In this document: in pieces, positions 1-9,480 of the stretch | Layout of the letters: each line of letters opens with the position of its first letter | Position numbering within the stretch: position 1 is the first letter of the stretch | NCBI GenBank assembly: GCA_014728075.1 | Contig: WJMG01000008.1 | Span: 15,229-79,228, forward strand | DNA: 64,000 nt | Reading direction: 5' to 3' | DNA from: Candidatus Omnitrophota bacterium | GTDB lineage: Bacteria > Omnitrophota > Gorgyraeia > Tantalellales > Tantalellaceae | Made by a program: the position numbers and the translations under genes | The notes under the pieces: model-generated | Told to the model about the DNA's origin: nothing | Databases searched by the model: none | The model's input: only the letters and a program-made list of their open reading frames with translations

Positions 1-1
1 T

Positions 2-121
2 TCGGAGGACCTGCTGGAGCTGGCCGCCGTGCACGCTTTAAAGCACGGCGGCGCGGTCCACGCGCTTGAGGCTGAGGCCATGCCGGGAGGGCACAAGATC
101 GCCGCGATATTCAGGAAGTGA
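2..121 (+). CDS. 3' end of an upstream gene entering the window (product not identifiable)
   Basis: Open frame from window edge ...SEDLLELAAVHALKHGGAVHALEAEAMPGGHKIAAIFRK, stop TGA 119-121, same strand and tight spacing to next gene. Confidence 0.3.
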   Translation, partial: SEDLLELAAVHALKHGGAVHALEAEAMPGGHKIAAIFRK

Positions 122-136
122 CCAAAGGAGGATGAT

Positions 137-928
137 ATGCCCGAACTTCCAGATGTAGAACATTACGGTAATTACATAAAACGGACCGCCGCTCGGAAAA
201 AGATAACAGGAGCCGAGACGCGTAACGCCAAAGTGCTGGAAGGCGTATCCGGGAAAGTTTTGGCGAAAAAACTTAAGGGAAAGAAGTTCTCCCGCATTAC
301 GCGCAGGGGGAAATACCTGCTCCTGAAATTCGCGGAAGAAGAATGGCTGTACATGCATTTCGGGATGACAGGTGATGTGGCGTATTTCAAAAAGGACAAA
401 GAGGCGCCGAAGTACGCCAGGGTGCTTTTTCTTTTCGCCAACGGCTACGCCCTGGCTTTTATCAGCCAGCGTATGCTGGGCAGGATCGGCACGGCACCTT
501 CCCCCGGGGAATTCATAAAAAAGAGATCCCTGGGGCCCGACGCGCTGGATGTTTCTCCCGGGAAGTTCAAAAAAACGCTGGAAGGCAGGAAGGGGGCCCT
601 TAAATCGGCCCTGATGGACCAGGAAAAGATCGCGGGTATAGGGAATATATACGCCGACGAGATCCTGTACGCTTCCCGGCTTCACCCCAAAACCTCTCTT
701 TCGGAATTAAAAGACGGCGATATCAAAAAAATTTTCCGCAGCATGAAGAGGATACTCGAAAAGGCCGCGGAAAAGAAGGCTGACCCGGAGAAGTTCCCGC
801 GAAGCTGGTTGATACCCCAAAGAAAGAAGGGAGGCAAATGCCCCCGCTGCGGAAACCCGCTTAGGACCGTAAAGGTGAACGGCAGGACGAGTTATTTCTG
901 CCCGAAGAGCCAGAAAAGAAAAAAATGA
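137..928 (+). CDS. mutM: formamidopyrimidine-DNA glycosylase (Fpg/MutM)
   Basis: N-terminal MPELPDVE catalytic Pro2/Glu3 signature, H2TH region, C-terminal CPRCG...C zinc finger; 263 aa. Confidence 0.85.
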   Translation: MPELPDVEHYGNYIKRTAARKKITGAETRNAKVLEGVSGKVLAKKLKGKKFSRITRRGKYLLLKFAEEEWLYMHFGMTGDVAYFKKDKEAPKYARVLFLFANGYALAFISQRMLGRIGTAPSPGEFIKKRSLGPDALDVSPGKFKKTLEGRKGALKSALMDQEKIAGIGNIYADEILYASRLHPKTSLSELKDGDIKKIFRSMKRILEKAAEKKADPEKFPRSWLIPQRKKGGKCPRCGNPLRTVKVNGRTSYFCPKSQKRKK

Positions 929-1232
929 GGTACGAAACCGTTCCGGAAAAAAGAAAAATGCCCGGAAGGCCCGGGCGGGGACCCCACGGCCTCTTTTGGA
1001 GGTTCGTACTATGGGCGATCGTGCTCTGGATCGCTTTTGCCTTCTATTCCGGGAGAAAAGAAGAGAAAGGCTCCGTCTCCCCGCAGAGGGAGACGGAAAG
1101 CCGGGAACCCTCCGAGGAACGGAATGGGCCCGTGTCCGGCGATTAAGGAAGAAGGATATGCCGCAGGCGGGCCATAGTATCCGGCGGGACAATCCGGGTT
1201 TTTGAACGAGTTACATGAAAAAGGAGAGTAAA

Positions 1233-2684
1233 ATGAACAACACAAAGACGAAAGCCGGTAAGTTTTTAAAAAGCCTTACCGCCGCGGCGCTTTTCTCGTT
1301 CCTCACCTCCGGGGCGCACGCCGGACCCGTGACGGACGGGCTGGAGCATTATTCCTCGGATCTCGAGAACCAGACCATTAAGATCGCCGAGACCCTCGGC
1401 AGAACGGTGGTTTCCATAAGCACCGTGGTCACCCGCCGTATCCGCCAGGATATTTTTACCAAAGACGAGATGATGCGCAGGTTCTTCGAGGAGTTTTTCG
1501 GAGAGATCCCCGAAGGTGAGGTTAAAAAAAGAGGGCTCGGAAGCGGGGTCATAATAGACGAGGACGGCTACATCCTCACCAACGAGCATGTGGTCGCCGG
1601 GGCCGATAAGATAAGTATAAAACTTTACGACGGCAGGGAATACGAGGCGGAGGTAAAGGGCACGGATGTCCGTTCGGACCTGGCCGTGATCAAGATAAAT
1701 GCCGAAAACCTCCCCACGGCCGAACTGGGGGACGCCACGGACATCAGGATAGGGCAATGGGTCATGGCCGTGGGAAATCCCCTGGGCTACGCCATAGAAG
1801 GCGCGGAGCCCACGGTTACCGTGGGGGTTATAAGCGCGCTCCGCAGGAACCTGCCGGTCAGGGGGAAAAGGGACAGGAGCTATACTAGCCTGATCCAGAC
1901 CGACGCGGCCATCAATCCGGGAAACAGCGGCGGACCCCTCGTCGATCTTAACGGCAAGGTCATAGGCATCAATGTGTCCATATTGACCACTACCGGGGGT
2001 TTTCAGGGGCTGGGTTTCGCTATTTCCGTCGAGAGGGTAAAACAGGTTATAGAAAGGCTCATGACGGGCAAAGAGATATTTTACGGATGGCTGGGCGTCA
2101 GCGTTCAGGATCCCGACAAGGACCTGCGGGAATATTTCGGCCTAGAGCGTAAAGAGGGCGTTATAATTTTACGGGTCTTCCCGGATTCGCCGGCCGAAAA
2201 AGCCGGACTTGAGGTGGGTGATGTGATCCTGCGGGTGGACGGGGAAAAGATGGAGGATTCAATAGACCTTGTCGAGAATATAAGTTCGCGTGAGCCCGGC
2301 ACGGCGGTCGAAATGACGGTAAAAAAAGACGGTGAGAAGAAGAATGTCAGGCTGATGCTCGGTAAACGCCCGGGGGACCTCGCGAAAACCGGACGGCAGA
2401 AAGCCGGGAAAAAACAGCCCGAATTCCGGGGAATGACCGTGAGCGGGATAACGCCCGCGCTTAAGAAGGACTACGGCCTCACCGAGGAAGAAGGCGTGGT
2501 CGTGACGGAGGTCGAGCCCGGCTCGCCCGCCGAGAAGGCCGGTATCAGGGAATCGGACATCATTACGCATGTGGGGAGGAAGCGTATCGCCGGAGTCGAT
2601 GATTTCAGGAAAGCCGTGAAAAGGGTCAGAGGCGCCTTTCTGATAAAGACATTGCGAGGATTCACCGTGATAAAGGAAAAGTGA
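1233..2684 (+). CDS. htrA: HtrA/DegP family periplasmic serine protease with two PDZ domains
   Basis: Signal peptide, trypsin-like domain with GNSGGPL catalytic Ser motif, two PDZ-like C-terminal repeats; RBS AAGGAGAG before ATG at 1233 (ORF also open from 1215). Confidence 0.85.
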   Translation: MNNTKTKAGKFLKSLTAAALFSFLTSGAHAGPVTDGLEHYSSDLENQTIKIAETLGRTVVSISTVVTRRIRQDIFTKDEMMRRFFEEFFGEIPEGEVKKRGLGSGVIIDEDGYILTNEHVVAGADKISIKLYDGREYEAEVKGTDVRSDLAVIKINAENLPTAELGDATDIRIGQWVMAVGNPLGYAIEGAEPTVTVGVISALRRNLPVRGKRDRSYTSLIQTDAAINPGNSGGPLVDLNGKVIGINVSILTTTGGFQGLGFAISVERVKQVIERLMTGKEIFYGWLGVSVQDPDKDLREYFGLERKEGVIILRVFPDSPAEKAGLEVGDVILRVDGEKMEDSIDLVENISSREPGTAVEMTVKKDGEKKNVRLMLGKRPGDLAKTGRQKAGKKQPEFRGMTVSGITPALKKDYGLTEEEGVVVTEVEPGSPAEKAGIRESDIITHVGRKRIAGVDDFRKAVKRVRGAFLIKTLRGFTVIKEK

Positions 2685-2825
2685 ACGGCGGGCTGTCCCC
2701 GGGCTGAGCGGAAAAAGGTCAATAAAAAACGGAAGCAGGCAATGGTCGTATGCACCCAGAGGAGTACAATAGAAACGAAAGCGGAATGAACTGACCAAGA
2801 GAGCAGAAAGATCCGGGAGGTGATA

Positions 2826-3254
2826 GCTATGGGTATGACGGGACTGAAAAGCCTTGACCAGTCGCTGGTCAAGACGAAAGAATGGCTGAAGGATGTACAG
2901 CAGGAACTGCATTACGAAGACGAACAGGAGGCCTATGTGGCGGCGCGGGCCGTGCTTCACGCGCTCAGGGACAGGCTTACCGTGGAGGAAGCCGCGGACC
3001 TTGCCGCGCAGCTGCCGGTAATACTTACGGGAGTATATTACGAGAACTGGAAGCCGGCGAACAAGCCCCTCAAGATAAGGGACGAGGCCGGTTTTTTCGA
3101 ACAAGTCGCAGGGGAACTCCCGCAGAACAGGCAGTATGACAGCGGACGGATAACCAAAGGTTTCTTCAAGGCACTGCAGAAGCATATATCCGGGGGGCAG
3201 CTGGAAGAGATAAAGAACAGTTTCCCCGGAGAGATGAGGGGGATATTCGGCTAA
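2826..3254 (+). CDS. DUF2267 family protein
   Basis: Sequence pattern typical of DUF2267 (LKDVQQELHYEDEQEAYVAARAVLHALRDRLTVEEAADLAAQLP); GGAGG RBS 9 nt upstream of ATG 2826. Confidence 0.6.
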   Translation, partial: AMGMTGLKSLDQSLVKTKEWLKDVQQELHYEDEQEAYVAARAVLHALRDRLTVEEAADLAAQLPVILTGVYYENWKPANKPLKIRDEAGFFEQVAGELPQNRQYDSGRITKGFFKALQKHISGGQLEEIKNSFPGEMRGIFG

Positions 3255-3333
3255 CAGGTGGAACGGAGGCGAGGGGCTTTATGAGTCCCGTATCCGTGTT
3301 TTGTGAAGTATCGGTGAAGCAAAGGGGGGCAAT

Positions 3334-3519
3334 ATGAGAGCCGGCGTTGACAGAGAGACCTGTACGGGATGCGGTTCCTGCGCGGAGACCTGTCCCGAGG
3401 TCTTCCGTATGGAAGAAGGGAGATCGAAAGTCCACGCGGACCCGGTGCCCGAAAGCGCGGAGGAGAGCTGCGAAAAGGCCGCGGATAACTGTCCGGTGGA
3501 CGCTATAAAAGTTGAATGA
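3334..3519 (+). CDS. small single-cluster [4Fe-4S] ferredoxin
   Basis: CTGCGSCAETCP ... C..DNCPVDAIKV cysteine pattern of Pyrococcus/Thermotoga-type ferredoxins; 61 aa; paralogue at 15411-15599. Confidence 0.8.
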   Translation: MRAGVDRETCTGCGSCAETCPEVFRMEEGRSKVHADPVPESAEESCEKAADNCPVDAIKVE

Positions 3520-3636
3520 TACGGGCGCGGCGGGCGGCAGGGAAAGATATAGAGCACAGCCGTCTTTCCCCTCCCTTTAAGCCGCCCGCCGGGTCTGACC
3601 GGGAATATGCCCCTGAAAAATAAAAGGAGAGATATC

Positions 3637-3822
3637 ATGGCCGAGGTAAGATATGTATGCCCGGGTTCGTGCGGATGGTCCGTTTCGGAAAAGGAATACG
3701 ATAAAGGAAAGACCATATGCCAGGCCCCTGCCTGCGAGAAGCACGGCGAGCCGCTTGAAAAAAAACTTTATTGCCCGGAATGCGGGATCTATTTCGATGA
3801 GGACGCGGCGCATACCTGCTGA
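3637..3822 (+). CDS. small cysteine-rich zinc-ribbon/rubredoxin-like protein
   Basis: 61 aa starting MAEVRY with CPGSCG ... CQAPAC ... CPECG Cys pairs; sits between ferredoxin and TrxR-like gene. Confidence 0.45.
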   Translation: MAEVRYVCPGSCGWSVSEKEYDKGKTICQAPACEKHGEPLEKKLYCPECGIYFDEDAAHTC

Positions 3823-3854
3823 AACGCCGTGATCAACGAGGATGTGATGATAAG

Positions 3855-4766
3855 ATGTATGATACCGTCATAATAGGCGCGGGAATAGCCGGGGATACCG
3901 CGGCGCTGTACGCTGCACGCCGTAACATGGATTTTCTTGTTGTGGCCGAAAAGATCGGCGGCCAGTTCTCCGAATCCGGGAAAATAACCAATTACCCGGG
4001 CATAGTGGAGACGGAAGGCAACGAGTTCAAGGAGGCTTTTGACCGCCAGATGGAAGCCAACGATATCGAACCCCGCGGGGAAGAGACCGTGCGGGGGATA
4101 AAAAGGTCCGGAAAAGGATTTCATATCGTGACCGGCAAAAGTGAGTATGAAGCCAGGAGCGTTATTCTCGCCACGGGGTCGGCTCCCGGCAGGCTCAATG
4201 TGCCGGGAGAGGAAGAATTCGCCAAAAAAGGCGTTACATACTGTTCAGTCTGCGACGGACCGCTTTTTTCGGGCAAGGAAGTGGTGATAGCCGGCGGCGG
4301 AAATTCCGCCATGGAAGCGGCCGACTTCATGAAAGACATAGCGGAGAAGATAATCATTGTCAATAACAGTGAAACCCTTAACGGCCACGGCGCCTTGATA
4401 GAGAATGTCCGTTCCCTGGAAAAGGTGGAAATCCTGAACTCGGCCGAGATAAAGGAGATAAAAGGCGGCGGGTCCGTGGAGTCCGTAGTGGTCGAACACG
4501 AAGGAGGGCAAAAGGAGATCAGGGCGGAAGGCGTCATAGTGGAGATAGGAAGAAGTCCCAATACCGGCTTTCTGGAAGGGTTCGTGGACCTGGATGAAAA
4601 AGGGCACATAAAAATAGACTGCGCGGGGAGGACCTCCGTGGAAGGCGTGTTCGCGGCCGGAGACTGCGCTTCGGGCAAAGAGTTCCAGTATGTTATAGCC
4701 GCCGGCCAGGGGTGCATGGCGCTTTTGAAAGCTTCACGCTATCTTGCCGGGCAGAAGAGCGATTAG
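3855..4766 (+). CDS. trxB: thioredoxin-disulfide reductase-like flavoprotein (low-Mr TrxR family)
   Basis: FAD GxGxxG (IIGAGIAGD) at N-terminus, redox CSVCDG motif, second dinucleotide motif VIAGGGNSAMEAA; 303 aa. Confidence 0.75.
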   Translation: MYDTVIIGAGIAGDTAALYAARRNMDFLVVAEKIGGQFSESGKITNYPGIVETEGNEFKEAFDRQMEANDIEPRGEETVRGIKRSGKGFHIVTGKSEYEARSVILATGSAPGRLNVPGEEEFAKKGVTYCSVCDGPLFSGKEVVIAGGGNSAMEAADFMKDIAEKIIIVNNSETLNGHGALIENVRSLEKVEILNSAEIKEIKGGGSVESVVVEHEGGQKEIRAEGVIVEIGRSPNTGFLEGFVDLDEKGHIKIDCAGRTSVEGVFAAGDCASGKEFQYVIAAGQGCMALLKASRYLAGQKSD

Positions 4767-4801
4767 AACGACGAAAGCAGGGATAAGGGCAGGGAGGAAA
4801 T

Positions 4802-5332
4802 ATGATTAAAAAAATATTATCGATATTATTCATGTTTTTCCTCGCTTCAGGGACGGTTTTCGGCGCCGCGGACGGCGCCGAAGCGGTAGCCGATCTCAGG
4901 GGGCGCGGCGGTGAACGGGTAGGGACGGTGTTCTTCTCTGAAACGGAGGCCGGAGTGAGACTGGACATCGTTATTTTCGACCTCGCTCCCGGAGAGCACG
5001 CTTTTCATATACACGAGAAAGCCGCGTGCGGGGCTCCAGACTTCAAATCCGCCGGAGGTCACTTTAACCCCGGCGGAGTAAAACACGGGTTTCTTGCCCC
5101 GGAAGGCCCGCACGCGGGAGATCTTCCGAACATCGTCGTGGGGAAGGACGGCGCCTTCCGGGGCAGCGTCGTGACCCGCCGCGTGACCCTGAAGGAAGGA
5201 GAGGGCAACTCTCTGTTCAGGGGAGAAGGCACTTCCATCGTTATACACGCGGACCCCGACGATTACATTACCGATCCCGCGGGGCGGGGAGGCAAAAGGA
5301 TAGCCTGCGGTCGTATAAGAAGAATAGAATAA
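4802..5332 (+). CDS. sodC: Cu/Zn superoxide dismutase, periplasmic
   Basis: Signal peptide; HAFHIHEKAACG, GGHFNPG, GDLPN, IVIHADPDDY, GGKRIACGRI motifs diagnostic of SodC. Confidence 0.9.
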   Translation: MIKKILSILFMFFLASGTVFGAADGAEAVADLRGRGGERVGTVFFSETEAGVRLDIVIFDLAPGEHAFHIHEKAACGAPDFKSAGGHFNPGGVKHGFLAPEGPHAGDLPNIVVGKDGAFRGSVVTRRVTLKEGEGNSLFRGEGTSIVIHADPDDYITDPAGRGGKRIACGRIRRIE

Positions 5333-5351
5333 GATCAAAGAGGAGGATGTC

Positions 5352-5741
5352 ATGGCCGGAAAATGGAAATGTGAAAAAGACATATTATGCGGCGTTAACG
5401 AACCGAAGGACCGGGAGAACCTGGAGGACCTCGAAAAAAAGCATATGCCGCTCATCGAAGCGCCCGATAAGGTGAAAAAGGACGAGCCTTTCGAGGTCGG
5501 TATAACGGTAGGCGGTATAGACGGCGTCGACCATCCCAACGAAGCGGGCCACTTCATAGAGTGGGTGGAGCTTTATTCGGGGGATACTTTCCTGGGCAGG
5601 GCCAGCTATTCGGGAGGAGCCAGTCTGCCCCGGGCCGTTTTCAGGGTAAAACTTGACCACGCGCACGGTCCGCTTAAAGTGTGGGAGAAATGTAATCTCC
5701 ACGGCCTCTGGGAGAACACGAAAGAGATCACCGTTGAATGA
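5352..5741 (+). CDS. sor: superoxide reductase (desulfoferrodoxin/neelaredoxin family, class III-like N-domain)
   Basis: EKKHMP (EKHVP lysine motif), His ligands HPNEAGH..H and CNLHG Cys-x2-His of SOR centre II; N-terminal domain retains only two Cys (CEKDILCG). Confidence 0.8.
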   Translation: MAGKWKCEKDILCGVNEPKDRENLEDLEKKHMPLIEAPDKVKKDEPFEVGITVGGIDGVDHPNEAGHFIEWVELYSGDTFLGRASYSGGASLPRAVFRVKLDHAHGPLKVWEKCNLHGLWENTKEITVE

Positions 5742-5800
5742 GGGAGTCCGGGCGTACGGGCGGATTTTTGAGCGAAGCCCCGTAAGGGAAAGGAGCGATA

Positions 5801-6091
5801 ATGAAGAATGAAAGATTAAAGAAAGTGCTTGCCGGGATAGGGATAGCGGGACTTGTAACAGGCATAGCCGCCGGCGCCCACGCCGAGTCCGGCAAAAGTT
5901 CCTGCGGTAAAGGGTCCTGCGGGTCGAAAGGCGCGAAAAAGTCCCAAATGGGAAAATCCTCCTGCGGCAAAGGGTCCTGCGGCTCAAAGAAAGGAACATC
6001 TCCGACAAAAGGCATGATGAACAAAGGTCGCGGGGGAACGGAAGTTTCGCCTAAAGGGCATTCTTCCTGCGGGAGAGGTTCGTGCGGATAA
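5801..6091 (+). CDS. secreted small Cys-repeat protein (three SSCG[KR]GSCG repeats)
   Basis: Signal peptide ending AHA, then Lys/Gly/Ser-rich mature peptide with three copies of SSCGKGSCGSK; good RBS AAAGGAG. Confidence 0.6.
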   Translation: MKNERLKKVLAGIGIAGLVTGIAAGAHAESGKSSCGKGSCGSKGAKKSQMGKSSCGKGSCGSKKGTSPTKGMMNKGRGGTEVSPKGHSSCGRGSCG

Positions 6092-6144
6092 CGGGTCCGC
6101 GGTAACATCCTAATTATTCGAGGCGATCGGGATCAGGGGGAAAA

Positions 6145-6315
6145 ATGATAAAGACGCTATGTATGATGATAACGGGTCTTTCCATCTGTGCCGTGTGCGG
6201 CTGTGCCGGTTACAAAGGAAGCGTATCGGAGCGGAAAGATGTCGTTTCCCGAGTGGACGAAACGCTGGAAGAAAAACACATGGAGGACGCGGGAGCCCCG
6301 GAATACATAAAGTAA
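6145..6315 (+). CDS. small putative lipoprotein (56 aa)
   Basis: Below ORF-track cutoff; AGGGGG RBS, MIKTLCMMITGLSICAVCGCAG signal/lipobox-like N-terminus, TAA at 6313-6315. Confidence 0.35.
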   Translation: MIKTLCMMITGLSICAVCGCAGYKGSVSERKDVVSRVDETLEEKHMEDAGAPEYIK

Positions 6316-6321
6316 GGAACG

Positions 6322-6597
6322 ATGGAGAAGATAAAAAGAGGGGCTGTTTTGAGATGGGCGGTTATCCTGCTTTGCCTGGGATATATCGCCTATCTTCACC
6401 TTGAGAGGACCGGCTACAGGGGCGCGCTCGCCGCGATACTTCAGGAAACCGGCCTTATAAGACAGAAAGCTTATTACCGGACCGCTCCTAAGGACCTTAA
6501 GGCCCGCGTAACCCGGATAGGGGAGATGAGTTCGGAAGTCCTTAACATCCCTTCCAATGAGAATACCCTGAGAGAAATATCGGACAAGAGCCGGTGA
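6322..6597 (+). CDS. hypothetical membrane-anchored protein
   Basis: 91 aa ORF with one N-terminal TM helix (AVILLCLGYIAYL), no recognisable domain. Confidence 0.4.
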   Translation: MEKIKRGAVLRWAVILLCLGYIAYLHLERTGYRGALAAILQETGLIRQKAYYRTAPKDLKARVTRIGEMSSEVLNIPSNENTLREISDKSR

Positions 6598-6608
6598 AAG
6601 GAACGGGT

Positions 6609-7349
6609 CTATCTACGGGCTTTGCTCTTCGCTTTTTTAGGGTTTTCGGTCCGTATTTTTGAAGGAGTGCAGCCCCTGTGCTTTTTGTATATACGGATAA
6701 AGGATTCGGGGTTCCGGTACCCCAGTCTGTCGGCGATCTGTTCTATGGTATATCCGGTATCGGTGAGCATTTCGTCCGCTTTCTTCAGCTTGCAGGAAAG
6801 ATAGTATTCGTTAAAATTCGCCCCGGTCTCTTCCTTATAAACCCGGCTTAAATATTTGGGGCTGAGCCCGACCCTTTTTGCCGCGTCCTCCAGGGTGACT
6901 ATCTTGTCGAAGTTCTTTTCGATGAACCTTGAGACGCGCTCGATCTTGCCTGAAAGGCCGGACCCTTCCCTTGTCTTTTTCTTCCCGGAGGATACGAGAA
7001 GCCGGTTGACCAGGGTCTTGGTCTTTTCTATATCCATGGGTTTTTCTATGTATTCGTCGGCGTGGGCCCGCAGGGCCTTAATGGCTGTTTTCTTCGAGCT
7101 GAAACCGGTGAGCATTACCACGGGAGCCCCGGGTTTGAGCTCTTTTATCCGTCCGATTATGGCGCTCCCCTTCTTGTTGTTGGGAAGTTTCTGGTCGAGC
7201 ACGATAAGGTCGATCTCGTTGGGAGAACCGAGGATCTCCAGGGCTTCTCCCGCGGTGAAGGCTTTGACGACATTGTATTCGTGGAAACAGTCGCTGAACT
7301 CCTCGCAGAATTCCTTGTCGTCATCGATCAGGAATATGGTATAGGCCAT
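6609..7349 (-). CDS. response regulator, REC domain + AraC-type HTH output
   Basis: N-terminal receiver (FLIDDD...DLIVLD...K) and C-terminal AraC HTH (LSPKYLSRVYKEETG..., YTIEQIADRLGYRNPESFIRIYKK). Confidence 0.85.
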   Translation of the reverse strand: MAYTIFLIDDDKEFCEEFSDCFHEYNVVKAFTAGEALEILGSPNEIDLIVLDQKLPNNKKGSAIIGRIKELKPGAPVVMLTGFSSKKTAIKALRAHADEYIEKPMDIEKTKTLVNRLLVSSGKKKTREGSGLSGKIERVSRFIEKNFDKIVTLEDAAKRVGLSPKYLSRVYKEETGANFNEYYLSCKLKKADEMLTDTGYTIEQIADRLGYRNPESFIRIYKKHRGCTPSKIRTENPKKAKSKARR

Positions 7350-7482
7350 GAAGCCTCCTTTTGAGGGAACGGAAGAAAAAGGGCCTTAAGATAAAATACA
7401 TAAGGCCTGTTTATTATACCGCAAAGTGGAGAAAAATCAATTCAAATCCCCGAACGGGCCGGAAGTGTGTTAAAATAAAAGC

Positions 7483-9054
7483 ATGGTAAAAACGAAAAGA
7501 AAAGACAAAAAACACACCGGTAGCGGTCATTCCGCTCCCGGAGGTAACGCGTACCCCGGTCTTATTCTCCGGTTCGACGGGCAAGGGAGGCTCCTTTACG
7601 CCACCCGTTCGCTCGAGAGGATAACCGGCAGAAGAACGGAAGACCTCCTCGGCCGGACCCTGAAAGCCAACGGCTTCTTCTCGAGCCCGCGCCGGTGGAA
7701 GGAACTCATCGATGCTGTCCTGCGGGAAGGTGAGGAACGGTATTGTGAACTGCGTATTAACGACGGAAAAGAAGTAAAACCTTTTTTCGCGCAAGCGGTT
7801 CCCGAAAAGGACCCGGAGACCGGCAGGGCGGGAACGGTATTCGTTGCGGGCCTTTACGGGTCCCCGGAACAGCCGGAAAAAGAAGAGCTCGCTTCGAGTT
7901 TCAGGGGATTTTACCGCATCCTGGAAGAGCTCCCCATGGGCATCGTGACGATGAGCAAGAAAAAGAACCGCATAACATACGCAAACAGGAGGGCCAGAAA
8001 GCTGTACGGTGTCGAAGGAGTAGAAGGCCTGGAGATGAAAGACCATTCCGAGACATTGCGGCTTTTCAACAGTAAAGGCGAAATGTATGAGCCTGAAGAT
8101 CTGCCCCTGAGCAGATCACTTGTTAAGGGAGAAGAGGTCTCAAGGGAAGAAGTGATCATAAGGTCGCCTTCCGGAGAAAGGACGGTGATAGCGGGTTCTT
8201 CTCCCCTCTTCATGGATAACGGTGAGATCGTCGGGGCTATAGCTTCTTTTACGGAGATAACGGATATAAAGCGCGAACAAGAAGATCTTGAGAGAGAAAA
8301 AGGCGAAAAACAGACCCAGCTTGACGAAACCCATAAAAAACTGGACGAAGCCCAAAGGCTTTCCGACATAGGCACACTGGCCTCCGTGATCGCGCACGAG
8401 CTCAGGAACCCGCTCGGCGTTATCAGCACCGCCGTCTATAACTGCGAAAGAAAGAACCGCGACAATGCCCTTGAAAAGCATTTCACGAACATAAAAAAGA
8501 AGATAAAGGAAAGTGAACACATAATAAACAATCTGCTCAATTTCGCGCGGGTGAAACTGCCGGTTATTAAAAAGGTGGAAATAAAGCAGATCATTGATAG
8601 CTGTTTAGACTCTGCGGCGCAGAAATACACCAGGAAAAGCTTCAAACTTTCCCGGGACCTTTCTGAAATCAAAGGCCTTACCGTGGAGGCCGACCCTTAC
8701 CAGGTGCAGCAGGTGCTGGCCAACATGGTCAATAATGCCATAGAAGCCGTGCCGGAAGGGGAAGGCCGTGTAGAGGCCAAAGGGAGACTTTGCCGGCTGG
8801 GCCGCCGGAAAGCTTTCAGGATAGAGATAAAAGACAACGGCCCCGGGATAGAGAAGATACTTCGGGAAAAGATCTTTGAGCCGTTCTTCACGACCAAGTC
8901 AAAAGGCACCGGCCTCGGCCTTGCGGTCTGCGCACAGCTGGTCGGCCTTCACGAGGGCAGGATCGACCTTGCCTCCGCGAAAGGAAAAGGCACTACCGTC
9001 AGCGTAACCCTTCCGGTGCATGGGAAGAACGAGAGAAAGAGAAGAGAGCTGTGA
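7483..9054 (+). CDS. sensor histidine kinase with PAS domains (cytoplasmic)
   Basis: PAS-like repeats, HisKA H-box SVIAHELRNPLGVI, HATPase N/G boxes (NNAIEA, DNGPGI, GTGLGL); divergent from the AraC-type RR gene. Confidence 0.85.
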   Translation: MVKTKRKDKKHTGSGHSAPGGNAYPGLILRFDGQGRLLYATRSLERITGRRTEDLLGRTLKANGFFSSPRRWKELIDAVLREGEERYCELRINDGKEVKPFFAQAVPEKDPETGRAGTVFVAGLYGSPEQPEKEELASSFRGFYRILEELPMGIVTMSKKKNRITYANRRARKLYGVEGVEGLEMKDHSETLRLFNSKGEMYEPEDLPLSRSLVKGEEVSREEVIIRSPSGERTVIAGSSPLFMDNGEIVGAIASFTEITDIKREQEDLEREKGEKQTQLDETHKKLDEAQRLSDIGTLASVIAHELRNPLGVISTAVYNCERKNRDNALEKHFTNIKKKIKESEHIINNLLNFARVKLPVIKKVEIKQIIDSCLDSAAQKYTRKSFKLSRDLSEIKGLTVEADPYQVQQVLANMVNNAIEAVPEGEGRVEAKGRLCRLGRRKAFRIEIKDNGPGIEKILREKIFEPFFTTKSKGTGLGLAVCAQLVGLHEGRIDLASAKGKGTTVSVTLPVHGKNERKRREL

Positions 9055-9055
9055 T

Positions 9056-9092
9056 CTGTACCGGGGACGGGAACAAGGCGGTACCTGTCCCC
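9056..9092. repeat. GTAC-rich REP-like palindromic element, copy 1 (reverse orientation)
   Basis: CTGTACCGGGGACGGGAACAAGGCGGTACCTGTCCCC is the reverse complement of the element found at 16286 and 16867. Confidence 0.7.
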
Positions 9093-9198
9093 AAGAGGGA
9101 TTACGGAGATTTATTGTAGATTACCGAAGATATATTCTAAGGATTAGGCTCAGGTTGTCAACCAGCCATGACCGTACCGCGTCGCGCGTACCGCACCT

Positions 9199-9480
9199 TT
9201 AGCCTTTTGCCCTTTGCCTTTTGCCTCTGGCCCGCCGAAGGCGGCGATCCGTAGCCTGAAGCTCAGATCCAGATCTGGATCTGAGATCCAGTAAGCCCCT
9301 GGCGAGCAAAGACCATTTTTCAATCTTGATCTCAATCTCAATCTCAATCTCAATCTCAATCTATCTCCATTTTAGCTCTGACATTTGAAGGCTCCCCGGT
9401 CAATGGGCTATTGTCTATGGTCTATCGTCCATATAGCCCGAGTTCCCTTTCACCTTTTCACCCTTTCACCTTTTAACCCG
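9199..9480. repeat. intergenic low-complexity block: period 8-9 stutter repeats, 20-nt perfect palindrome, (CTCAAT)5 microsatellite
   Basis: ccttttgccctttgccttttgcc (9199-9228); CAGATCCAGATCTGGATCTG palindrome 9264-9283; CTCAAT x5 at 9331-9362; cctttcaccttttcaccctttcacc 9446-9475. Confidence 0.8.

Noticed and set aside
9150-9359. 69-aa - strand ORF ([11 protein letters not shown]...)
   Set aside because: It is a translation of the dinucleotide and hexanucleotide-like repeats in the low-complexity spacer, not a gene.
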